Positions 1 to 9,769 of a stretch of 64,000 nt of DNA are shown piece by piece. The stretch lies in NCBI GenBank assembly GCA_963849955.1, contig CAWKJU010000005.1, positions 2,886-66,885 of the forward strand. The letters are read 5' to 3'. This DNA is from an uncultured Cytophagales bacterium (GTDB taxonomy: Bacteria; Bacteroidota; Bacteroidia; Cytophagales; JAAEPT01). Each line of letters opens with the position of its first letter. Position 1 is the first letter of the stretch. Made by a program: the position numbers and the translations under genes. The notes below the pieces were generated by a model. The model was given only the letters and a program-made list of their open reading frames with translations, did no database searches and was not told where the DNA came from.

Positions 1-810
1 TAATGCTAAGGTGATTTCTCTACCCCGGTCCGTTCTATAATTAAAACTAATCACGACATCACCTTCATTTATAGTACTTGTGGGTGTACCTAAACTATTT
101 GTGATAACTGCTGGTTTTACGAACTCATCCGTTACATCGTTAAGATAAGAGGCTTCAATGGCAGCTTCCGCAGAAGGGAAATAAGTTCCATTTCCTTTTA
201 CCAGTAAATCATAAGCAAGTTTTACGCGTTCCCAGCGGTTGTCTCTATCCATAGCATAATAGCGACCAATAAGCGAAGCAATTTTACCTGTGGTTTTTGC
301 CATGTGTGCTTCTAAGTCTTTAATGTAGCTTAAACCACCTTTAGGGTCGGTGTCTCTTCCATCAGTAAATGCATGAACAAATACGTTGTCTACCTCACTA
401 TCAGCGGCAATAGTTAATAAACCTTTCAAGTGATTAATGTGTGAATGAATTCCACCATCAGACAAACACCCAATTAGATGAACATTTTTATTGTTTTCCT
501 TAGCATAATTTAACGCGTCTATAAGAACAGTTTCGTTTTTAAGAGTGTTTTCTGCTACGGCTTTATTGATTTTAACAAGATCTTGATATACTACTCTTCC
601 AGCACCTAAATTCATGTGGCCAACCTCAGAGTTACCCATTTGACCTTCAGGCAAACCCACTGCCAGACCCGAAGCTTCTAGTTTACTGTGTTTATATTTA
701 GTGTATAGCGAATCAACAAAAGGCGTGTTTGCTTTATCTATAGCGGATACGTCTTTGTTAGTTGCAATTCCCCAACCATCCAAAATCATTAAAATTACTT
801 TTTTGTTCAT
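1..810 (-). CDS. gpmI: 2,3-bisphosphoglycerate-independent phosphoglycerate mutase, N-terminal part (gene runs off the 5' edge)
   Basis: Absent from the ORF track because it is open to position 1. My reverse-strand translation from the ATG at comp(808-810) reads MNKKVILMILDGWGIATNKDVSAIDKANTPFVDSLY...QMGNSEVGHMNLGAGRVVYQD...CLSDGGIHSH...FTDGRDT, which are typical iPGM motifs. Confidence 0.9.
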   Translation of the reverse strand, partial: MNKKVILMILDGWGIATNKDVSAIDKANTPFVDSLYTKYKHSKLEASGLAVGLPEGQMGNSEVGHMNLGAGRVVYQDLVKINKAVAENTLKNETVLIDALNYAKENNKNVHLIGCLSDGGIHSHINHLKGLLTIAADSEVDNVFVHAFTDGRDTDPKGGLSYIKDLEAHMAKTTGKIASLIGRYYAMDRDNRWERVKLAYDLLVKGNGTYFPSAEAAIEASYLNDVTDEFVKPAVITNSLGTPTSTINEGDVVISFNYRTDRGREITLAL

Positions 811-933
811 ATCAGTACGTGTTTCTAATTATGCTATTAAGAAGTACAAAAATATATTTTTTTGTGAGGATTTTGTAATCTAAAACACTATATTAAGAAT
901 GATTAGGGTTTAGGGTTATTGTTATAATAAATG

Positions 934-941
934 TAACTTTG
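934..941 (+). promoter_or_regulatory. Bacteroidota sigma-A -7 box (TAACTTTG)
   Basis: Exact match to the TAnnTTTG consensus, about 27 nt upstream of the 968 ORF. Confidence 0.4.
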
Positions 942-967
942 GTCTGATAATTGTCTAAAATTGCTGC

Positions 968-1369
968 ATGGGGAACATGAAATTTTCAACGCTAGGCTTA
1001 CTACTTATTGGGGTTCTGATGAGTAATGTTACTTTTTCTCAATCAGAGACAATTAATTCTGCGAGGTTGGCTATCAAGGCGGGTGACTCCAATTCTCTGG
1101 TCAAATTTTTTGACACAATCATTGAATTAAAAACAGATAGCGAAGAAGGCTCTTATAGTAAGAACCAAGCCGAGTTTGTGCTTAAAAATTTTTTCAGCAA
1201 ATATAATCCAGTAAGCTTTACTTATAATCATGAGGGTTCATCACCTGGTGGGGCAAAATACACTATCGGGACTTACACGTGTGGTTCCTCTACTTTTCGG
1301 GTATATATGAAATTGAAAAATGCTGATGGCGCATATGTCATTGATACCTTAGATTTTTCGAAGGAGTAA
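968..1369 (+). CDS. small secreted protein, DUF4783-like (tentative)
   Basis: Has a signal peptide (MKFSTLGLLLIGVLMSNVTFSQ). Size and position next to nadC match what I recall for DUF4783 proteins. The true start may be the ATG at 977. Confidence 0.5.
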   Translation: MGNMKFSTLGLLLIGVLMSNVTFSQSETINSARLAIKAGDSNSLVKFFDTIIELKTDSEEGSYSKNQAEFVLKNFFSKYNPVSFTYNHEGSSPGGAKYTIGTYTCGSSTFRVYMKLKNADGAYVIDTLDFSKE

Positions 1370-1402
1370 GGGAAATCACATTCCGTTTCTTAAATTTGCC
1401 GA

Positions 1403-2260
1403 ATGGCATTAGAATACTTATCTGAATTTGCCCTAAAAAGCTTTATTCAATTGGCCTTGGCCGAAGATGTGGGTGAAGGAGATCATTCTTCAAAAGCTAG
1501 TATCCCCAGTTCGCAAACTTCCAAAGCAAAACTTTTCTTGAAAGAAGACTGCATTATTGCTGGAATAAATCTTGCCGAGCGGATATTTCATCACTTGGAT
1601 CCTTCCATTCAATTCAAACCTTATTTTAAAGATGGTAAGTTTTGTACACAAGGAGAGGTGATTTTTGAGGTAGAGGGTCATACACAAACACTATTAAAGG
1701 CAGAACGGTTGGTGTTGAATTGTATGCAACGTATGAGTGGTATTGCAACCCTGACCCAACAGTTAGTGGATTTAGTCTCACATACGCACGTTCAATTATT
1801 AGACACACGAAAAACGACCCCTAACTTCCGGATGATGGAAAAATGGGCTGTCGTAATTGGTGGAGGTAAAAACCATCGGTTTGGCTTATTCGATGTGATT
1901 ATGTTAAAGGATAACCATATTGATGCTGCCGGAGGAATAAAAAAAGCTATAGATGCCACGCATCAGTATTTAGAGGATAATCAACTCGAATTGGAAATTA
2001 TTGTAGAAGTACGAAACCTTAAAGAAGTAAAAGAGGTGTTAGAAGTTGGTGGAATCAGACGACTGTTGTTGGATAACATGACGCCATCACAAATGCAAGA
2101 GGCTGTAAATGTAATTGATGGGCGTTTTGAAACAGAGGCTTCAGGTGGGATTACAGAAAAAAATATAATTGCAGTAGCGGAATCTAATGTTGACTATATA
2201 TCTTTGGGGGCTCTTACGCATTCTGCTAGGAGTATTGATATGAGTTTGAAAATAGTTTAA
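1403..2260 (+). CDS. nadC: nicotinate-nucleotide pyrophosphorylase (carboxylating) / quinolinate phosphoribosyltransferase
   Basis: 285 aa with LLDTRKTTPNFR, KNHRFGL, IMLKDNHI and LLLDNM motifs typical of QPRTase. Confidence 0.9.
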   Translation: MALEYLSEFALKSFIQLALAEDVGEGDHSSKASIPSSQTSKAKLFLKEDCIIAGINLAERIFHHLDPSIQFKPYFKDGKFCTQGEVIFEVEGHTQTLLKAERLVLNCMQRMSGIATLTQQLVDLVSHTHVQLLDTRKTTPNFRMMEKWAVVIGGGKNHRFGLFDVIMLKDNHIDAAGGIKKAIDATHQYLEDNQLELEIIVEVRNLKEVKEVLEVGGIRRLLLDNMTPSQMQEAVNVIDGRFETEASGGITEKNIIAVAESNVDYISLGALTHSARSIDMSLKIV

Positions 2261-2270
2261 AGAACGGAAA

Positions 2271-2747
2271 ATGATTGTAAAAACTAAGAAATATAAACTA
2301 GAGCCAAGTACCTACAAGAAACTTGCTTTAGAAAATATTCTTAAAGCTTGGTGGTGGGCTTTTCTAGTACCTTTGGCAATGTGTGCGGTGTATGCTTTTT
2401 TTCCAAGTCAACATTGGATATATATTACGGCATTTGTAATTACTATTTTATACGTGTTGTTTTGGTACCTTCAATTTTCTGGAGTAGCTTACCTTGAGCA
2501 GTTTAAAATGTTGTTCGAAAAAGTTGAATACCATATCGATAGCCGTCAAGTGCTTATAATGATGAATTCTAAGCAAGGAATGCCTATCCCTTGGGACAAA
2601 ATTGAAAGTGCTAAAGTTGGTAAAGATTACATTCTGCTAGTAGTGACCAGAGCGCAATTAGTGCATCTTCCGCATAAAATCTTTAGCAATCAAAATGATA
2701 TAAAGTTTGTTGAGTCAATACTCAGAAGAAAGAACTTTATTAAATAA
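2271..2747 (+). CDS. YcxB-like two-TM membrane protein (function unknown)
   Basis: 158 aa with two central hydrophobic helices followed by a small soluble C-terminal domain. Confidence 0.4.
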   Translation: MIVKTKKYKLEPSTYKKLALENILKAWWWAFLVPLAMCAVYAFFPSQHWIYITAFVITILYVLFWYLQFSGVAYLEQFKMLFEKVEYHIDSRQVLIMMNSKQGMPIPWDKIESAKVGKDYILLVVTRAQLVHLPHKIFSNQNDIKFVESILRRKNFIK

Positions 2748-2773
2748 TCAAAAAGCTTTCCATTCAGGAATTG

Positions 2774-2781
2774 TATATTTG
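2774..2781 (+). promoter_or_regulatory. -7 box TATATTTG upstream of accD
   Basis: Exact TAnnTTTG match, 37 nt upstream of the accD ATG. Confidence 0.45.
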
Positions 2782-2817
2782 TACCCCTTTTAGGGTTAAT
2801 GGATTAATTTAGAGATT

Positions 2818-3693
2818 ATGTCTTGGTTTACTCGTAAAGAAAAAAATATAGTTACACCCACAGAACACAAGAAAGAAGCGCCTGATGGCCTTTGGTATCA
2901 GTGTCCTGAGTGTAAAAAAGTAATGCAATCACGTGAGCATGCATTAAACCACTATACTTGTGTTGATTGTAACTATCACACTCGAATAGGTTCAAAAGAA
3001 TATTTCGAAATAATATTTGACAACAATGAGTTTACAGAATTAGATAAAAACCTAAGTTCTGGTGACCCATTGAAGTTTTTTGATACAAAGCCTTACCCGG
3101 ATAGAATTAAAGCAAGTCAAAAAAAATCGTCTTTAGTTGATGCTGTTCGCTCAGCAACAGGCAAGATGAATGGCTTAGATCTCGTAGTATCTTGTATGGA
3201 TTTCTCCTTTATTGGTGGCTCAATGGGCTCAGTAGTAGGAGAGAAAATTGCGAGAGCAATTGATTATGCACGAGAGCACAAAATTCCTTTTTTAATGGTT
3301 TCAAAATCGGGTGGTGCCCGAATGATGGAAGCAGGTTTTTCATTGATGCAAATGGCGAAGACATCAGCAAAACTGGCGTTACTTGATAAAGAAAAAATTC
3401 CTTATATCTCTTTAATGACAGATCCAACTACCGGTGGGGTTACTGCCTCTTATGCTATGTTGGGAGATTTTAACATTTCAGAACCAGGAGCTTTAATCGG
3501 TTTTGCAGGTCCGCGAGTGATTAGAGAAACAATTGGTAAAGATTTACCTGAAGGTTTTCAAAGTGCTGAATTTGTGTTAGAGCACGGCTTTCTTGATTTT
3601 ATTGTCGATAGAAAAGAACTGAAAAACAAACTTTCTGATTTACTCTCTATGCTTAAGCGTAAAGAAGAAAAAGTGGAAACAAAAGAAGAATAA
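2818..3693 (+). CDS. accD: acetyl-CoA carboxylase carboxyltransferase subunit beta
   Basis: N-terminal Zn ribbon (CPECKKV...CVDCNYH), then the carboxyltransferase core ([25 protein letters not shown]). Confidence 0.92.
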   Translation: MSWFTRKEKNIVTPTEHKKEAPDGLWYQCPECKKVMQSREHALNHYTCVDCNYHTRIGSKEYFEIIFDNNEFTELDKNLSSGDPLKFFDTKPYPDRIKASQKKSSLVDAVRSATGKMNGLDLVVSCMDFSFIGGSMGSVVGEKIARAIDYAREHKIPFLMVSKSGGARMMEAGFSLMQMAKTSAKLALLDKEKIPYISLMTDPTTGGVTASYAMLGDFNISEPGALIGFAGPRVIRETIGKDLPEGFQSAEFVLEHGFLDFIVDRKELKNKLSDLLSMLKRKEEKVETKEE

Positions 3694-3700
3694 CTGGGCC

Positions 3701-4679
3701 ATGCGGCTGGTTAATCACCCGGTATTATGTAATTATTACGTCACTTATAGATGTAACGCAAGTTGTGACTTTTGTGATATTTGGGAAAAGCCGTCTCCGT
3801 ATGTCACTATTGATGATGTAACTCAAAATCTAATTGATCTCAAAAAATTAGGGGTTAAAGTCATTGATTTTACAGGAGGTGAGCCGCTTTTACATCGTAA
3901 TCTTATTGATTTTTTAAGTGAAGCTAAGCGGTTAGGGTTTATTACTACCGTAACAACCAATACCTTATTATATCCTAAGTTGGCCGCAGCAGCTTCATGG
4001 AAAAGTGGATATGCTTCACTTTTCACTCGATTATGCGTCAGCTGAAAAGCACGATGAAGTACGGGGAGTAGGATGCTTTGACTTTGTCATGCAATCCATT
4101 CGTTTAGCATTAACGTTAGGTGAACGTCCGGATATTTTGATGACTGTTTTTGACGAAAATATGGAAGAGATCGAAGCCATTTATCAGCAGATTGTATTAC
4201 CAAATAATTTAATGTTGATCCTCAACCCTGTGTTTGATTATAATAAGGTAGAGAACCATGGAGGTTTATCCGTTGAAAATCTGCAAAAACTGGAGCAGTG
4301 GGGTAAACAAAAAAACATCTATTTAAATGAAGCATTTATAGCTTTAAGGTTAGATGGAGGGAATAAAACCGCCTCTCCAGTTTGTAAAGCGGCAAGTACC
4401 ACAATAGTTATTTCACCAGAAAATGAACTTTTAGTACCCTGCTACCATTTAGGAGAAAAAGCATTCAAAATAAACAAAAATTTGTTTGCCTTGTTCAACA
4501 GCCAGGACGCAAAAGAAGCTCGGGCAAAGGAAGGGAAATTGAAAGCATGTGAAGGGTGCGTTATCAATTGTTATATGCAGCCTAGCTTTGCAGTCAATAT
4601 TAATAAATATTGGTTTAAGGCATTACCAAGTACTTTGAAATATGCTAAAATGAAAGGCACTTGGAAACAGTTGTTTTAA
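3701..4679 (+). pseudogene. radical SAM protein, frameshifted (ORFs 3701-4045 and 4005-4679)
   Basis: The first ORF carries CNASCDFC (the CxxxCxxC 4Fe-4S/SAM motif) and GGEPLL. The second frame is open from 3954 and reads ...PQQLHGKVDMLHFSLDY, the expected continuation of a radical SAM TIM barrel, followed by a Cys-rich C-terminus. The frame switch (net +1) lies near 3980-3990. Confidence 0.75.
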
Positions 4680-4726
4680 TAATAAAAAATAACATTGATT
4701 CGGTTTCTATATCTTGATTTTAGAAT

Positions 4727-4734
4727 TATATTTG
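4727..4734 (+). promoter_or_regulatory. -7 box TATATTTG upstream of nqrF
   Basis: Exact TAnnTTTG match, 39 nt upstream of the ATG at 4773. Confidence 0.45.
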
Positions 4735-4772
4735 TCCTCCTATTAATTATAAAAGAGTAAAATAGAATAAAA

Positions 4773-6068
4773 ATGGTTTTATCTGCCTCAATCGTAGCGT
4801 TTACCCTCATCATTCTAGCACTTGTTTTCGTGCTTTTATTTGCGCAGGCAAAATTGGTGAACAGTGGAGACGTAAAAATCACTATTAACGGTGATAAAGA
4901 GTTTACTGTTCCTGCTGGAACTACTCTACTTTCAACGCTTTCTGCTCAAAATATTTACTTACCGTCCGCATGTGGTGGTGGTGGTACTTGTGCCATGTGT
5001 AAATGTCAAATATTAGAAGGTGGGGGAGATGTGCTTCCAACAGAGGAAGGCCACTTATCACGAGCTGAGAAAAGCGACCACGTAAGGTTAGCGTGCCAAG
5101 TGAAGGTAAAAGAGGACATGAAATTACATGTTCATGAAGAGATTTTTGGTATCAAAGAATGGGAAGCTACTGTAGTTTCAAACTACAACGTTGCTACTTA
5201 TATTAAAGAATTTGTTGTAGAGATTCCTGAGGATATGGACTACAAAGCTGGTGGCTATATTCAAATTAAGATACCGCCATGTGTAGTGAATTTTTCTGAA
5301 ATGGACGTGAAAGCACATCCAAAAGATCACCCAGGAGAGCCTGATAAGTTTGAGAAAGATTGGGCTGAAGGTCCTTTTGCATTACGTGGTCTAGTGATGA
5401 AGAACGATGAGGAAGTGGTTAGAGCTTACTCAATGGCTTCATACCCAGCAGAAGGCAGAAACATTATGCTGAATGTGCGGGTTGCTGCACCTCCATTTGA
5501 TCCTGCAAAAGGAACTTGGATGGATGTCAACCCAGGAGTGGCATCATCTTACATCTTTAATTTGAAAGAAGGTGATAAAGCAATGATTTCTGGTCCTTAT
5601 GGTGAATTCTTCATCAAAGAAACTGATGCTGAAATGCTTTATATTGGTGGTGGTGCTGGTATGGCTCCAATGCGATCGCACATCTATCACTTATTCAAAA
5701 CATTAAAAACAGGCAGAAAAGTTACTTATTGGTACGGTGGCCGTTCCAAAGCTGAATTGTTTTATATTCACTACTTCCGTGAGATTGAGCAAAATTTCCC
5801 AAATTTTAAATTCTATATGGTGTTGTCCAATGCACTTCCTGAAGATAATTGGAAACCGAAAAAAGATATGGATGATGAAGCAGGAGATGGTTTTGTTGGG
5901 TTTGTACACCAGGCGGTTATTGATGAGTATTTATCAAAACATCCAGAACCAGAAGAAATTGAATTCTATTTCTGTGGTCCTCCAATGATGAACCAAGCCG
6001 TGCTGAAAATGTGCGATGATTGGGGAATTCCTAAAGAGAACGTTTCATTTGATGATTTCGGTGGATAA
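4773..6068 (+). CDS. nqrF: Na+-translocating NADH:quinone oxidoreductase subunit F
   Basis: N-terminal TM helix, 2Fe-2S ferredoxin motif (CGGGGTCAMCKC...LACQ), FAD motif (RAYSMASYP) and NAD motif (GGGAGMAPMRS). Confidence 0.9.
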   Translation: MVLSASIVAFTLIILALVFVLLFAQAKLVNSGDVKITINGDKEFTVPAGTTLLSTLSAQNIYLPSACGGGGTCAMCKCQILEGGGDVLPTEEGHLSRAEKSDHVRLACQVKVKEDMKLHVHEEIFGIKEWEATVVSNYNVATYIKEFVVEIPEDMDYKAGGYIQIKIPPCVVNFSEMDVKAHPKDHPGEPDKFEKDWAEGPFALRGLVMKNDEEVVRAYSMASYPAEGRNIMLNVRVAAPPFDPAKGTWMDVNPGVASSYIFNLKEGDKAMISGPYGEFFIKETDAEMLYIGGGAGMAPMRSHIYHLFKTLKTGRKVTYWYGGRSKAELFYIHYFREIEQNFPNFKFYMVLSNALPEDNWKPKKDMDDEAGDGFVGFVHQAVIDEYLSKHPEPEEIEFYFCGPPMMNQAVLKMCDDWGIPKENVSFDDFGG

Positions 6069-6077
6069 CATATACAA

Positions 6078-6103
6078 GGGAAAGCAAAAGCTTTCCCTTT
6101 TTT
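6078..6103 (+). terminator. intrinsic terminator after nqrF
   Basis: Stem GGGAAAGC / loop AAAA / GCTTTCCC, followed by T6. Confidence 0.8.
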
Positions 6104-6142
6104 ATTGCTATTTTTATTCGGTAACGAATCCAATATTGAGGC

Positions 6143-7240
6143 ATGAATACCGCTCTTTTTTTTGAACCTGTAGATGAAAATCTTTTAAAAAATCCATTTC
6201 CAAATTCATTTGTTGATGCCATCACGGTGTATCACGATGAGATTCCTAATTGGAAAAATTTCGATATCGCCTTATTTACCGTAGGTGTAATTCCTACAAC
6301 TTTTCGCCAAAAATTATATGCACTTAAAAAAGGTACAGGGTTTTTTAAGATAGTGGACTTAGGAAGTCTTAAAGAAGGTTCATCCAAAGAAGATACCAAC
6401 CAACGACTCGCTGAAGTGTGCAAAGCAATGCTTGAATCAGAAGTTGTGCCCTTAATAATAGGTAGTAACAACAGTTTGGTTATTGGGCAGTTTGATGGTT
6501 ATGAAGAATACAAAGAGCCTATTAGCATCTGTAATGTTGATGCGATGTTCGATTTGGAAGGTGAGGATGTGGAATCAAATTATTTAAAAACAATTTTTAA
6601 CAGAGGCGAAAACTTAGCGCATTATGCGCATTTAGCCCATCAAAGTTATTTAGTCAATACCAATGCCTTATCCGTTTTTGAAAAAATGAATTTTGAAGGC
6701 GTACGATTAGGTGAAGTGCGACAAAATATGGAAGAATGTGAACCTATTTTACGAGCCAGTGATATGTTAGTGTTTGATGTCAGCGCAATCAAACATCAGG
6801 ATTTTCCTGCAAATTTACATGAGTTGCCTTTCGGACTAAGTCCAGAGGAAGCATGTCAATTGTGTTGGTATGCTGGGTTAAGTAATAAATTAAATTCATT
6901 TGGTGTGTATGGCTTTGATTTAAATAAAGATCAGCATAATTACAGTTCAATGATTTTAGCCACGATGGTATGGTACTTTGTGGAAGGATATTACGCACGG
7001 TTGGATGATATGAACTTCGAAAGTGACAGTTATTTCAAATACATTGTTTCCTTTGATAAGTCACCGCATGAACTGGTTTTTTACAAACACAAGTCTTCGG
7101 GTAAATGGTGGATGTTGATTGACCCTGAGTTGAAATATAATAGACGACACGTGGTTCCTTGTAGCTATATTGATTATCAAATGGCCAACACCGGTGAACT
7201 TCCCGAGCGATGGGTTAGAGCAAGTGCTCGGATTTTATAG
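6143..7240 (+). CDS. arginase/formiminoglutamase-fold protein with apparently degenerate Mn ligands
   Basis: Length and overall pattern match the ureohydrolase fold. The three signature blocks read GSNNS (expected GGDHS), VDAMFD (expected DAHxD) and FDVSAIKHQDFP (expected SxDxDxxDP). Confidence 0.5.
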   Translation: MNTALFFEPVDENLLKNPFPNSFVDAITVYHDEIPNWKNFDIALFTVGVIPTTFRQKLYALKKGTGFFKIVDLGSLKEGSSKEDTNQRLAEVCKAMLESEVVPLIIGSNNSLVIGQFDGYEEYKEPISICNVDAMFDLEGEDVESNYLKTIFNRGENLAHYAHLAHQSYLVNTNALSVFEKMNFEGVRLGEVRQNMEECEPILRASDMLVFDVSAIKHQDFPANLHELPFGLSPEEACQLCWYAGLSNKLNSFGVYGFDLNKDQHNYSSMILATMVWYFVEGYYARLDDMNFESDSYFKYIVSFDKSPHELVFYKHKSSGKWWMLIDPELKYNRRHVVPCSYIDYQMANTGELPERWVRASARIL

Positions 7241-7241
7241 C

Positions 7242-7481
7242 ATGCTAACACGGATAAAATATACTTTCTTAAAACGCTGGGGGCTATATGTCCTGATAAT
7301 CTATGAGTTATTTGCAGCTTTTCTATTGCAAACTTTCAATATTAACATCTTATTACCTTGCCCTTTTAAAGCTTTAACGGGGATTGACTGTTGGGGCTGC
7401 GGGTTGAGCCGATGCGGGGCAAGTATGTTAGTAGGGGAATTTGAATCCGCTTTTCACTCACATCATGCAGGGTTTTTATAA
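7242..7481 (+). CDS. DUF2752-like small membrane protein
   Basis: CPFKALTGIDCWGCGLSRC matches the conserved DUF2752 Cys motif. I take the start as the ATG at 7242; the track ORF from 7170 overlaps the preceding gene. Confidence 0.6.
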   Translation: MLTRIKYTFLKRWGLYVLIIYELFAAFLLQTFNINILLPCPFKALTGIDCWGCGLSRCGASMLVGEFESAFHSHHAGFL

Positions 7482-7535
7482 TTCCAGTTTTAGCAGTATT
7501 ATTAATTATAGATTTTATTCAGCTAACTAAAATAA

Positions 7536-8387
7536 ATGATGAAAGAACAGCTATTAAGTAACTTAGAATCAAGTGAAAAATTCTCATTTAGTACATGTTT
7601 TTCACAATCCTGGAAATTATACAAAGACAAAGCAGGAATGTTAATAGGGTTTACTCTGTTGTCATGGCTTATGATTTTTGTAGGTTTTATAATCGTAGGT
7701 ATTATTCCAATAGTTGGGTTTATTGCTATACTTATAGCGGGTTACCCTGCAATTTTCGCCTTATATAATGGATTTCTTGTAGTTGCAAGAAAGTATAAAA
7801 ATGGTGAGCCAGTAGATTTTAATGACTTGTTTAAGGGTTTTAAATCACTAGGTAAAATGATTGGGGTTTGGTTTGTTTACATCATTCTTGCACTACCTAT
7901 GATGGGGCTTTTTTTCTGGCTATCAGGTTATGCAGAGATTTTTAGCTCAATAATCTCTGGTGGTGGTCAAGATCCCCAAGAAACAATGGCTTGGGTAATG
8001 AATTTTTACCAGACTATGTGGTGGCTTCAACTAATTATGATGGTATATGCAGCTGTTATTGTTTCCGTCTTTTTTTATGCTGTTCCCATAATTGTGGATA
8101 CAGACCTTTCCATTTCTGAATCGTTTGAGTTAGCATTAAAGGCATTTACTAAAAATATGGTTCCTATTATTCTGTTTAACACTTTAGCATTTTTCGGTAT
8201 GTATGCAGCAATGTTGCCTTGTTTTTTAGGGTTGTTGGTTTATCTTCCAATGATGTATTTTATCATGTTTAATGCTTATAATAATGCTTTTAACCCTTAT
8301 GGACAAAGTACTTTTAAAGATAAAATTGATGAGTTTGGTGAATCCCAAATGGATATAAATACCGAATCTCAAGAAGGAAATTATTAA
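7536..8387 (+). CDS. polytopic membrane protein, unknown function
   Basis: 283 aa with about 6 hydrophobic helices and an acidic C-terminal tail. Confidence 0.5.
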   Translation: MMKEQLLSNLESSEKFSFSTCFSQSWKLYKDKAGMLIGFTLLSWLMIFVGFIIVGIIPIVGFIAILIAGYPAIFALYNGFLVVARKYKNGEPVDFNDLFKGFKSLGKMIGVWFVYIILALPMMGLFFWLSGYAEIFSSIISGGGQDPQETMAWVMNFYQTMWWLQLIMMVYAAVIVSVFFYAVPIIVDTDLSISESFELALKAFTKNMVPIILFNTLAFFGMYAAMLPCFLGLLVYLPMMYFIMFNAYNNAFNPYGQSTFKDKIDEFGESQMDINTESQEGNY

Positions 8388-8399
8388 AAAAGTCATAAT

Positions 8400-8436
8400 T
8401 ATCGCCCACATTGAGTTGGTGGGCGATATCGTTTTT
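8400..8436. terminator. hairpin terminator between convergent genes
   Basis: Stem TATCGCCCAC (8400-8409) pairs with GTGGGCGATA (8419-8428), followed by a T5 run. Confidence 0.6.
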
Positions 8437-9769
8437 AAATCAACCCTCTTGATTTTAACTCCAGGTATTTGTTAACAGTATTTAAGGTGAGGTTTTGAGG
8501 TTCTGTTAATAGTGTTTGAATACCATATTTATTCAGCTCTCTTGAGATCAACTCTTTATCTTGTCTATATTTTTCAGCTAGGGTCTTTTCATAAATTTGC
8601 TCTATAGTCTGTGCTTTTGTTTCAATTTTTCGATTGAGTTCAGAATTTTGGAAGAAGATCACTACAAGCAAATGATCTTTTGCTATGCTTCTTAAATAGG
8701 GAAGTTGTCTTTTCATTCCCACTACGGACTCAAAGTTAGTGTACAAAAACAGTAAACTTCTCCGTTTAATGTTTGACTTAATATTTCTGTATAGACGGGC
8801 AAAGTCAGATTCTTGATAGCGAGTTTGTTGTTTATATAGCGTTTCCAGAATCAGGTTCATTTGAGAGCTTTTGTTTCCTGCTGGAACGATATTGCCTATT
8901 AAGTTTGAAAAGGTGATGAGCCCCGCTTTATCCTGCTTACGAATACTAACACTTGATAATACGAGCGATGCATTGATCGCATAGTCGACTAAACTTAAAC
9001 CATCAAAGGGCATTTTCATATTTCGACCTTTATCAATCAGAGAAAAAATTTGCTGTGATTTTTCATCTTCATATTGATTAACCATCAACTGATTATGTCT
9101 TGCTGTTGCCTTCCAGTTTACAGCTCTAAAATCATCGCCTAAGGTATATTCTTTGATTTGCTCGAACTCTCTGTTCTGACCAATGTTCCGTATTTTTTTA
9201 ACCCCAATTTGATCCAGTCGATTAGAAAAAGCCATTAATTCAAACTTTTTTAATTGAATAAAAGATGGATATACACCAACCGTAGTTTTTTGATCAATGG
9301 TATATCTTTTTTGAATTAAGCCTAGAGCTGTGTTTACATATATGTTGATATTTCCGAATTCATATTCTCCTCGCTCTGTCGGCCGTAAGCTATATTCAAT
9401 TTTTTGTTCTGAATTGGCTAAGATGGTAGTCTTAAAAGAATTCTCCCGCTGCTGGTATTGGTAAGGTACTTCATCTATTATTTCAAGTTGAAGTTTTAAT
9501 TTATAGGTGTTTGTTATTTTAATAAATACATGGTTAACATCACCATTGGAAAGCTTGTCCTGCACTATTCTTATGGCATCGACCCCATTTTTATTTGTGA
9601 ATAGCAGAAGGATATCGATGAGAAGAATTGACAATAAGCAATATAAAAGTACCTTGGCAACTGAATAAATAATTGTGTAAGGAAAACCTAGAATAAATAG
9701 TAGGACTAGACTAACTAATACAATTAATAGACGAGTTGATAGGTAAATATTTTTGAAGAATTTAATCAT
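8435..9769 (-). CDS. DUF58 (vWA-like) membrane protein
   Basis: Two N-terminal TM helices plus a DUF58-type core (DFRAVNWKATAR). It overlaps the upstream MoxR gene by 4 nt. Confidence 0.75.
   Translation of the reverse strand: MIKFFKNIYLSTRLLIVLVSLVLLFILGFPYTIIYSVAKVLLYCLLSILLIDILLLFTNKNGVDAIRIVQDKLSNGDVNHVFIKITNTYKLKLQLEIIDEVPYQYQQRENSFKTTILANSEQKIEYSLRPTERGEYEFGNINIYVNTALGLIQKRYTIDQKTTVGVYPSFIQLKKFELMAFSNRLDQIGVKKIRNIGQNREFEQIKEYTLGDDFRAVNWKATARHNQLMVNQYEDEKSQQIFSLIDKGRNMKMPFDGLSLVDYAINASLVLSSVSIRKQDKAGLITFSNLIGNIVPAGNKSSQMNLILETLYKQQTRYQESDFARLYRNIKSNIKRRSLLFLYTNFESVVGMKRQLPYLRSIAKDHLLVVIFFQNSELNRKIETKAQTIEQIYEKTLAEKYRQDKELISRELNKYGIQTLLTEPQNLTLNTVNKYLELKSRGLI

Noticed and set aside
701-883. 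60-aa plus-strand ORF in the track
   Set aside because: It lies antisense to, and mostly inside, the clearly conserved gpmI reading frame on the minus strand. Its low-complexity translation makes it spurious.
1490-1808. Antisense or alternative-frame short ORFs inside long genes. Examples: 1490-1687, 1626-1808, 3209-3427, 5703-5909, 5737-5988, 10274-10768, 13020-13341, 25328-25977, 30331-30531, 48800-49222, 58167-58931, 60313-60567.
   Set aside because: Each is nested in a longer ORF with strong family motifs on the other strand or frame. Their translations are low-complexity and typical of AT-rich shadow ORFs.
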